Below, piece after piece: positions 29,301 through 36,800 of a stretch of DNA of 54,545 nt. The position numbers were made by a program, and so were the translations under genes. This DNA is from a virus (Duplodnaviria > Caudoviricetes). The stretch covers positions 1-54,545 of IMG/VR virus record IMGVR_UViG_3300012663_000581. The stretch is one strand, 5' to 3'. Position 1 is the stretch's first letter, and every line of letters starts with the position of its first letter. Below the pieces are notes generated by a model that was given only the letters and a program-made list of their open reading frames with translations, ran no database searches and had not been told where the DNA came from.

Positions 29301-30782
29301 AGGGCCGTTTGCGCTGAAATAAACCAAATCTCCGGTGTCTGTTAGAATATTATATTCAGCGCCGGCAGTTAGTAAATTCCAATAAGCACCAGTAGTATCA
29401 GCATCTGGTCTGTTTAGTAAACTTGAAGTGTGAGCATCGATACAGATATAGCTGTTTGCACTAAATGATACTATATCACCTAGTACATAATCAATACTAG
29501 AAGTCCACGAAACTGCACCACCGACCCAAGTAAATGTTGATAGTGGTCCGGTTGAGCCGCCACCAGTAATACCAGTTACAGTAAGTGTAATATCATTTGC
29601 TTGTGTTGTTCCGCCAACTAGTGATCCTAAGATCTTAATTTTATTACCTACAGCATAGTCAAGGCCAGGAAATCCACTTGCAAGTGAAACTGTGTATACT
29701 GTGCTTGAACGAGTAACGTCAAATTTTGCACCTTGACCTAATCCTGTAGCTGCAACAGAACCAACTGCAAGATAAGTTTGAGGATTAGATGTCCATCTAA
29801 ATCCGTTGTTTAATAAATCCCAGTAGGTTGTGTTATCTGTACTTTGAGCAATACTATCAAGTTTTGCTAGGTAAGTATAGCCACCGTTTCTTACTACAGA
29901 ACCAACTTTATAGCTAGTGCCAACATTCCATTCACCAACAAAACTAAATCCAGTAGTAAATACATTCCATTCAGAAGGGTTGCTTGTTGGTTGCTTGTTA
30001 ATGTTATTAATTTGTGCAACGTATGAGTAACCACCGTAGGTTACAACGTCGCCTTGTTGATAGGTAGTAGAATTATTCCAAGAATTTTCAAATTCAAAAC
30101 CTTCAACAAATATCGACCATTTTGTTAGATCGAAAGAAGCTGAACTAGTGTGATATACAGTACAAATCCATAAGCTAGCACCGTACTTAACTACATCATT
30201 CTGTCTGTAGCGAACGCTTACGCCATTCCAGTCTCCAAGATATGTTACACCTTGGTTAAAGATATCCCATTTATCAGAATCATCTTCTAATCCTAAGGCG
30301 GCAGTAGCAGCACTAACGTGTCCTTCTGTACAAACATATGTTGTACCACCGTAGACAATAAAGTCATTTAGTTTGTATCTTGTACTGATTGTCCAAGGAC
30401 CCTTCCAGTCAAAAGATGTTGCAAATATTTCCCACTTGTTTAAATCTTGTTCTAGTCCTAAATATGTTGGGGCAACATATGTGGCAGAAGTATGTCCTGT
30501 TTTACAAATGTAAACTAACGCACCGTACTTAACAACAGCGCCAGGATTATAATATGTTCCTGGAGTCCAATCGCCATTCCATTGTGTACCATCAGAAACA
30601 ATATTCCATCTTGTTGGACTAAAATCTAAGTCAGTATCAAATAAACTAGCAGATGTGTGATTTACAACACATATATAACTTTTTCCACCGTTACTAATTA
30701 CGTCGTCAATTAGATAACTTACAGACGGAGTCCAAGTTCCTTTCCATACAAATCTAATTCTACCCAGTTTAAATTCAGCCAT
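20334..30782 (-). CDS. Giant multidomain virion/fibre protein (3482 aa)
   Basis: N-terminal W..GxxY..GDVV.YGG..Y carbohydrate-binding-like repeats, an interrupted pectin-lyase-like beta-helix, CxRD helical repeats, W.SVAYGNG.FVA propeller-like repeats, and C-terminal SQVRLTGHDFL...GRVFFTSTDQDGNF. Confidence 0.8.
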   Translation of the reverse strand: MAEFKLGRIRFVWKGTWTPSVSYLIDDVISNGGKSYICVVNHTSASLFDTDLDFSPTRWNIVSDGTQWNGDWTPGTYYNPGAVVKYGALVYICKTGHTSATYVAPTYLGLEQDLNKWEIFATSFDWKGPWTISTRYKLNDFIVYGGTTYVCTEGHVSAATAALGLEDDSDKWDIFNQGVTYLGDWNGVSVRYRQNDVVKYGASLWICTVYHTSSASFDLTKWSIFVEGFEFENSWNNSTTYQQGDVVTYGGYSYVAQINNINKQPTSNPSEWNVFTTGFSFVGEWNVGTSYKVGSVVRNGGYTYLAKLDSIAQSTDNTTYWDLLNNGFRWTSNPQTYLAVGSVAATGLGQGAKFDVTRSSTVYTVSLASGFPGLDYAVGNKIKILGSLVGGTTQANDITLTVTGITGGGSTGPLSTFTWVGGAVSWTSSIDYVLGDIVSFSANSYICIDAHTSSLLNRPDADTTGAYWNLLTAGAEYNILTDTGDLVYFSANGPARLPVGTNGQVLRSQDGFPVWANYGLINNLVYVGPLGRDVAYPDAGATIDQPWRSVRFATKQIEDGYLNPNAKLLLAKNKQFIMKEITNWVIYTYTVDITAADATDDFFTCDTTAPLSVGMPIEFSGTVGGVTAGQKYFVRTIVNSTTFKISAQLGGSIVQLNNQTASMTGTLSYDRAFCERDVGLIVEALKHDITHGGNSKTTIAAKAYYTAAGNAYINSNFGTQKTQTIAAYTYLSTLVTNVLNNVPWRSYQIFNGITTGEVQIIDTSLTVEPGVTDIAQALVSIITTGINVGNSSSIPTPVYPNTTISVKTGTFAEVLPMVISPFTAVVGDELRSTVIQPARANPLLVNDKAKTTSALNRISAIAGDLIQNVAVTPTSGNTETQLYVSGYAGSPTVTTAVGTKTAVVSAILAGGLPAIPTLVLPDPTGYAAGFFDARRLLVANTAFIKAEVSAWIAARIAANTAPFVGITYGATKKTAVETEIGYIIDALRYDITYGGNLETLVAARSAYSLGTYVGSLEKSPFVAVLTYLRSIISYIAEGDNTLGGLFKTPGNAQNQVDTTPWGSAVAGAFLEDRLQEIKDYVDTTILPLTIEPSVTWVASGLVSARNTILSLKAGIQAGAIEYISSTYTSLVYNTELCARDVGYIVDAVAYDVMFGGNFRSIKAGMRYYSGTTSAQFVIANQLAATQATITFIDTAIKQITNGQAGSAGSELAVSRVEASANVIYDIVASGLGAVPTLVLADPAGYDVNFSRARAQIVQNYAFIRAEIAAFLNVNYNAVWVALGATGQAGCARDIGYILDGVRYDITYGGNTQSLIVGSAYYSNYSSTIDTGEIVATVAAYTRIKTIIGQIAQAQSVTVTPGNAVSQVGVGVNGGNAASATFAQARVQDVIDWISNGTGNATIAPSIAWATTALQTAFTELQSKKAEIVADVTWWVYKNYQNINFNEELCARDTGYMVDALSYDAVFGSNFAAITAGRALQRATVSATVVTTIQRQAELGAINFLKYKAKSVASTGAVALTRSIIADVVGTINGGAIPRVQWTNPSTITSAYAAATVLLRDNTAFIKAEITAWINVQIAASTAGFVGLQFSRAACERDVGLIVEALVYDLTYGYGVGNIGKIATLIAGKAYYSALTSVLQIDSGDSTATIAAYNRLKAVAQSVVQDTAVTPSAGNAVSQVRAVTGQTVGSAATATSVGTLVDVITNIITNGLTTGVPRITISAVASGTTFTSGTHNLAVGDVVIPQSTPTTGNGGFGLVSGTRYYVQSVPLGTTFTLAAYQGGPALTTFTNGTGLSLLVEINNLPSTSWVVAGLVTQRNALQATKATIRGQVTTYIATYFPTLSYNSATCERDVGLIIDYIAYDMMFDSNYLTITSARSYFRAQAALVQGSQKAATIAAFRYLKNLIVDVVVDNATASRRLKILMDIIIDSLSDGVGSTSEVVGTITYKNDTGLFNGAEVLRLNEEFLASEATAWIRLNFGGTVTSTTATTNVYTTSAVHNLTVGDPVVFSGTVIAASGVTVGTTYYVLTTPTAQSITITATQGGTTAVDVTANGTGSMTVRYAFDDTLCKRDMKEYIRGIIYDLGYTGNYMSLRAAELYNNAVNGSELANMFYVSNGTGLRNCTLAGLNGTLTEENDFGTKRPTAGAYVALNPGFGPNDSNVWVQQRSHYSQNVSLFGTGCSGAKIDGAIHAGGNRSMVKNDFTTIISDGFGVWCTGANSLTELVSVFNYFGYAGYMAELGGRIRATNGNSSYGTYGVIAEGTDTYEQPIFAVVDNASQQAVISDTIVNAIAGTVLRVEFNNAGTNYTNVDIGISGDGINAITIGDEFRDGAIFETRVIDLDNGQGYGGTNYINAINAAQEGDTASITIANSDIALSTAYPTMRIQITAGSGVGQYANILDYSNGTKIAKVIKDSFTALTVTATAITNNLLTVASTATITPGQQIYLGGTANGVTANVLYYVRTANFSATQFSVSLTGAGGTAVTISANGSVSIPLYAAGWDHVIPGTAISAGLDLTSTYIIEPRISYTAPGYTATSRTIPSAAYKAVTFGSGRYVAVGSSGTTTAYSLNGKTWAAGGALGASASWTDMVFGGGQGAVATARVGGLGGAGAVLSVTMGAVNSVGDPGIDQVLSVQVIDGGFNYTTPPSIVFTGSGLGASATCTVLNGKIDAVTIVSNGSGYSSAPTVTAVSSKITKMDISSWGRGYTAAPTVTLSAPFTATTWSSGGAATSGLYYSYSFTVSLDTFTNYYRADGSGTFSATPPQFTSGTGSAGTYGVGLTYVGTLARGTAVLNNTGVSSITINDAGFGYTSTPTISIVDTSAKFVAIANGSTSSSYLPASAAVGAAWTAGGALTTTTMVGIAYGNGLYVTVGGTASASSSTTGTSWVSRTLPTLGSGTYSAVAYGNGYFVATSTGSNATAVSANGTIWAAGGNLPSSTTWTSVAYGNGRFVAIANGPSRTVAYSINNGTTWTAATPGLPSSQSWIKIKYAQGLFIALAAGSTVCATSQDGINWVERTMPGASSNWSDLAFGNVNSDPLWVAVTTTTGTVAASLNTGARALARMRVVNGTIFEVRMVEPGSAYPKGTVTATTATTNIISTSNTENLVANQPVVFSGCDAGGLVTEKLYYVIGASIVTNTSFQVSLVSGSGVAVVLTTVTGLTGKYRAGAIATQFDPNRVISAALNPRAGDGVLGNPSFSNRGSVYTVATTVANGDGAANLYQPSTFIAVRNLYATPQAGSNVVFGSIPGIWYKLVAVTNVLGDPGDYTATFQISPGISVLKAPIDADTVTTTIKYSQVRLTGHDFLYIGTGNQADTNYPFVNPANADITAQTVGSGGGRVFFTSTDQDGNFNVGGLFGVQQSTGTATLNADAFNLSGLQSLQLGSLNIGTGSAIINQFSTDPYFTADSDNIVPTQRAIKAYITAQIGGGQSSLNVNTLTAGVVYIANNSISTTSGGQLNIKAKMNFTGGIDGAPVALAFFMQR
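24017..24059. repeat. 43-bp exact repeat, copy 1 (copy 2 at 35990-36032)
   Basis: atgtaccatatgatgagttaccgttagtagcacggatacgtcc occurs in both giant paralogs. Confidence 0.85.
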
Positions 30783-30804
30783 TTGCTTTCATCCTTTTAC
30801 ATTG

Positions 30805-30812
30805 TATTTATA
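30805..30812 (-). promoter_or_regulatory. T4-type late promoter TATAAATA
   Basis: Exact consensus, 22 nt upstream of ATG 30782. Confidence 0.75.
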
Positions 30813-30836
30813 TTAACCGTTATCTTATACTTTCTG

Positions 30837-33800
30837 TTATCTAACAGCGATGGATTTCATAAAGAATGAAAATGCCATACCGTCGCCATCCCAGCCGCCG
30901 TAGCCTGCATCAACACCGTCGCCAATGCCACTAATTTTTGTTAGCGTTGGCATGTTAACAACTGATCCGTCGTTGCCTTCAGGAACCGTACTTGTAATTA
31001 CGTCAGGACCACCAACTTCTACTGTACCAGCAATTAACTTACCAGTAAATGTATTAGATCCACCTTGACTTAATCTTGATGACAGATATGATTTAATGGC
31101 TCTTTGAGTAGGTATAATCTGATTAGAGTTAGCAACAAATGTACTATCTGTACTAAATTGTGTAATAATAACACTGTTGCCTCCTACTGCAACTCCACCA
31201 ATTTTAAGTTCTGTCAATCCACTTAAACCAAATTGACTTGCACTTAATGTAACAATACCTGTTGCTTGCTCAACCGCAAATAATTTACCAACCCTAAAAT
31301 TACCGTCTTGGTCTGTTGAACTGTAGAATACACGCCCGTAGTTATTTTCAATTGCTTCGTTCTGTGGAGACAACACAGTTGTTTCAGGCAATCTTGGATA
31401 GTTGGATTGTTCAAAGTTACCAAAGCCTATATTTAATAAATCATGATTTGTTAAGCGAACTTGACTATATTTTGTACGGACATTTACAATAGTTCCGTGA
31501 CTTGGAGAAAGTCCCACAGTCATCGGAGGATCAATACTAACTATTGCTCTAATATCTGGTGCTACAGTGCCGTCTAGTAATACTGTGCTAGTTACTTTGT
31601 AAATTACATCATTATCCACAATTGCCAAATTATCTCCCGCGCTCGGAAGTTTATCTAAATTATCTATAATTAACGAAGATCCAATTTGGAAATTACTTGC
31701 ATATCCTAATCCCGTAATATTAATTGTTGTGGTGTTGGTATTATACCCAACACCTCTATTTAAAAATGTTGGGTTGGCTAAGACGCCATCGCCAACTAAC
31801 GGAAGAGTAGATGCTACTAGTGTAGCATTAGTGTCAGTAATTGTAACTGTAGGTACTGTAAGATAATTACTTCCTGGATCCCACTGGTTAATGCTAATAA
31901 TGTTGCCATCGCTAACAACAGGTCTTGCTTTTGCAACTGAGCCAGCTTCGATAATATTTGAGAAATTCTGTCCGTTAACACTAACAAATACAGCATCTGC
32001 ACTATCTGTAAAGCCAAAAGCTACCGCCCCCATATTAGATTGAGAACTTCTAACAGTCCAAATAATTCCGTCTTCACTAGTGTATGCAGTTGGTGTTACT
32101 GGAGTAGGTTCGTGGCCAGTCGCTACAAAAACTCCGTTTCCGTAGGTTAAACTAGTTCCGTTAACATTGTATGGTGAGCTGGTCCATGTAATTCCATCTA
32201 AACTATAGGCTGCTTTGCCAGTAGTTGAAGCAATTGCAACAAATCTGCCGTTTCCGTATGCTACTCCTGACCAGGTTGTATTAGTTGGTAAAACTGCTGC
32301 TGTCCAAGAGGTGCCTGTAGTGCTGTATGCGACTGAGGTACCGCTTGATGCAGTTACAACAAATCTATTATTTCCGTATGCAATGCTGCTCCATGCTGCT
32401 CCTGAAAGTACACCGCCTGCGCTCCAACTTGCTCCGTTGTTAGTACTAATTGCAGTAGCATTACTATCTGTTGTAATTGCAATAAATCTACCGTTGCCAT
32501 ATACAACTTTGCTCCAGTTGCGAAGTGCTGGTAAATTAGAAGACTTCCATGTTGCTAGGTTACTATTAGAATATAATACTGTGGACCCCGGAGCAGAACC
32601 TTGTTGAGAAATTATTACCCAATAATTATTTCCATATGCAATGCTTGACCATGTTCTAGCTGTAGGTAATGTTACTTGAGTCCATACTGAGCCGCTTGTA
32701 GAATATACAATGATATTGCCGCTATTAGGAATTGCCGCAAATCTATCTTTACCGTATGCAATTCCTACGTACGAGGTTCCCGGAGCTTGAGAAAGAATAG
32801 TGCTTGGCGCTGCAGAATATGCAGGGCTACTGTACACAATTCTAGGTTCAATACTGTATGTTGTTGAAGCATCAAACGACGATACAAGAGGGGTTCCCGG
32901 ATTTACATGATCCCACCCGGCTTGACCCATCTGCATAGATCCTGTGCTATTAGTTAAATTCAACGTTGGGCCCACTGCGCTGACTGCACTAACTGAGAAT
33001 TTATTTGGTGCGCCAGGAGTCACTGCTGTAATATAGTACGGAGTACCTAGTGAAATTCCACCTAACAACGGGACTTCAAATATCCCGTTCATTGTTCCAA
33101 AATCAGTAGCTAACTGATCTTTAACTGATGTAGTAGTACCTTCCAATGTTCCAGTAGCGGTAGATAATGTTATAGAACCTGTAGTAGTACGAGTGACACA
33201 CGATCCAGTAGCTGTTGATAGTGTTACCGGTGTACCACTTGCTCTTGTAGTTCCTACAAAACTGCCAGTGCCAGTAGTTAAAATAACATTCTCAGATGTT
33301 GTACGAGCAGTAACTGATCCTGTTCCTGGGGTTAGTGAAAATGCAGATCCGCCTGGAGTTGTACTAATTGTAAATGTTGTGCCGTCGTTAACCGCCGACA
33401 CATAATATACTGTACCAGAAACTATTTGGCCAAATGTTTCTCCTGAGAAAATTATTGGATTGCCAGATCGTAAGCCGGCTGTATCATTTACTGTAATAAG
33501 ATTAGACACATCAGCAGTTTCTGTTGCTGTTACACTAAGAATACTTGGAGAAACAGTTATATGTGTTGCGTCATTAATTCTGTTTACATAATATTCAATT
33601 CCAGAGAACAACCCTCCAAAAGTTGTTCCGCTGAAAGTTATTGGATTTAACATGACTAAATTATTAGAAGAATTTATTGTAAGTTGATTTGGTCGTGTTG
33701 GGTCTGTCGATGCTGTTGTTTCAGTTACAGTAACGGATAACGCAGTTGACGTGTTGCTTATAGTAAATCTAGTAGAATTTGCAACATATAAAATATAGTA

Positions 33801-36800
33801 TCGTTGATCGTTAACTATACCACCGAAGGTTGTTCCTGTAAAAATTATAGGATTTCCAATTATAAATCCAGCAGTTGATCCCACAGTAATTAAATTACTA
33901 GTTGCTCTTGTTGATGTAATTGTAGTCGAAGTAATTGCAGTAGCAAGTGTGATTCGAGTTAAATCAATAATATGATTAATGTAATATTTGGTAGTAGCTG
34001 CTATGCCGCCAAATGGTGTTCCTGTAAAGATAATAGGATTTAGTGATACTAATCCAGTAGTATCACTCAATGTTACTGCATTACTAACTACTGTGGTATT
34101 AGTTGCAGTAGGTGTAATTAGTAAAGAAGAAATTGTAAAATTGCCAGATCCAAAAATTTCATTAATATAGTATGTTGTTCCTGCAACTACTGACGACAAG
34201 GCGTTGCCTGTAAAATAAATTGGAAGATTAACAGCCATATTCGTCGTTGGGCCTTGTAAATAACTAGTACCATCTGGATAGTTTAATGTCATTACTCCTG
34301 CTTCAACTGTTGTTAGAAGAACTGCGGCTCCCCCAACTGCTGTAGATAACTGAATAGTAAACTCATCAATGATTGCTAGAACATAATATGTAAAATTGCT
34401 TGTTACTCCCCCAAACGTTGATCCACTAAATGAAACTGGCATGTCTAGTGTTAACCGAACAGTGCTGCTAACTGTTAACTGGTTTACTAGGCCACCGGTC
34501 GTGCCGGTAACACTAATAGAACTCTGAGAAACTTTTGTCACTGTGCTTGTAAAACTAGTAGGCACAAACTGAACTACTTGTCCAACGTATAATAAATTTA
34601 CATCACCCGTTGGGTCTAAGGAAAAAGTATCCGAAGTAGTTTCTGTAGAAGTAATTCCTATTAATGTAAAATTCTCCATGATAATTGATGCTGTTTTAGA
34701 AACTGTATCAAAATATGATATAGTGCCATATTGACCAGCACCTGTTCCACTATTAACAAACAATCTCATACCTAGATACTCTTTTGCACCTGCAACATCC
34801 GAAGCTGCAATTACAATAGATTTATCGTCGCCAGTTTGAGCGTTGTTAGTAGATAGCAAATAATTGTCGCCACCGATTACACCGTCAACTTCTAATAAAC
34901 GAGTTTGATAGATACTATTAGATCTAATTTCTTCTCCGATTACTTTGACGCCAGTTCCTGCACCTACAATTTCATAGTTAGCGTATGCAGTATATCGTCC
35001 TACATCAGTATCTAAGTAAAAACCCAATGCACTGCCTATTTCTAATTGTGCTCCGTATAGCAAAGTATAGGCAGTATTTCCAAATTGTGATCTTGGATAT
35101 ATTTTTAGTCTTAATGAATTATTAAGTGCTGACACATCATTAAATCTAAAATATAATCTATACCATCCTTCGGCTCCAGATACTGGAACTGCTGCATAAG
35201 TTATCGGTACGTAGCCGCCTGCTGTTGCGCTAGGAGTAACTGATAAAGTGTTAAAGTTAAAAGTGATTTGACTTGATGCTGTAGAAAATCCACTAAATGT
35301 TGCAATTACGTCAAATGTTGTAGATGTACCTTTCTTACAAAAAACACTAAACACATATGGCTGTGTACTACCTACTTGAACCAGATTTGGGTAGTCTTCT
35401 GACGGAGCTACATCTATTCCCGAAATACTAGTACCAACTAGTTCTGTAACAGTAATAACTAAATCATTAGTTCCATCTAGGCCGCCAAGTTGTGATCCAA
35501 GAATTCTAATCCTGTTAGTAGTAACATATCCGCTGCCGCCGTTGAATATATCAACAAGATACGCAGTGCTAGTCACAGTTACGTTAAATGTTGCAAGTGA
35601 ACCAGATCCTGTTATATTAGTGCCGCTTACTTCAGAATATTGAGCACCTGACGGTGTTATATTAACGTCTTGATAAAAGAAACTACTATCAGTTGCAGAA
35701 GTATTTCCAATAGCTAGCCAAGCATTTGATTGACCAAACGGTGAAACTATAGACTGTATTAGTGTAATATTACCATCACTAGTCCAGCTTGTAAACGTGT
35801 TACTATAAGTTAACATATTGGTAGTAGCCGCTATATATTGTTCACCTGCATGACTGTATTGCAATTTTAAAATTTCTGCATTTGAACCTAAAGAGCTTAA
35901 CGGCGTAGCTGTTGCTTCATAGTATCTATTATTAATATTACCGACGATAGGAGTTTCTTCATTATTAAAGCCTTCGGCGATAACTCCAAATGTACCATAT
36001 GATGAGTTACCGTTAGTAGCACGGATACGTCCACCGTCTTCAGCAAAATATCCAGCATAGTTGTAGTAACTGAATACTGAAACAAGTTCTGATAATGAAT
36101 CAGGTCCTGTTACCCATGCACCAATTCCGTCGCTTAGAATCTGTGTGAAATCGTTGGCAACCATAGATTTATTTCCGCCGTTGTGCAAAGTTCCATCTAC
36201 TTTCATGCCAACGCATCCCACACCAAATGTTGTAACGTTTTGAATATATGGGCTTCTTCGAATAATCCATGTACTAGTGTCATCAGGTCCAACACCAGGA
36301 TCAAAGCTAACATATGATCCGCCTGTTGGGCGCCTAGTGTTATAACTGTTTACGTCCGTAAGTGTTCCTAACAATCCAAATAATGACATATTTCGAATAC
36401 CGGTGGCATTCTGTACATAGAACATATCCTTCAATGCATCGCCGCCATAAATTCTCATAACACCTATGTTGTTAGTAAGTGTTATCGGCGTGCCTCCTAT
36501 ATTTGGACTGACTTGGATTTGAGTAGCTGTAGGAGTTCCTACAATATAGTATGTTGAGCCAGCTTGTACTCCGGCAAAAATTGTAGTTTTTTCATCTACT
36601 GGATTTAGTGATACAAATTGTACTGGCGCACCTTCTGTCATGCCCTCAGTGGTTGCTACTGTAAATCGATTAGTGCCTGATGTGCTCCTAGTAACAAGAG
36701 TATTAATTGTAACCTTTGGATATACAGCCGTTCCTCGTAGCTCATCTCCGACTAAAACAGTGTTTGCTGGAAGTATAATTGGCATTTCTTCGTAGTATGT

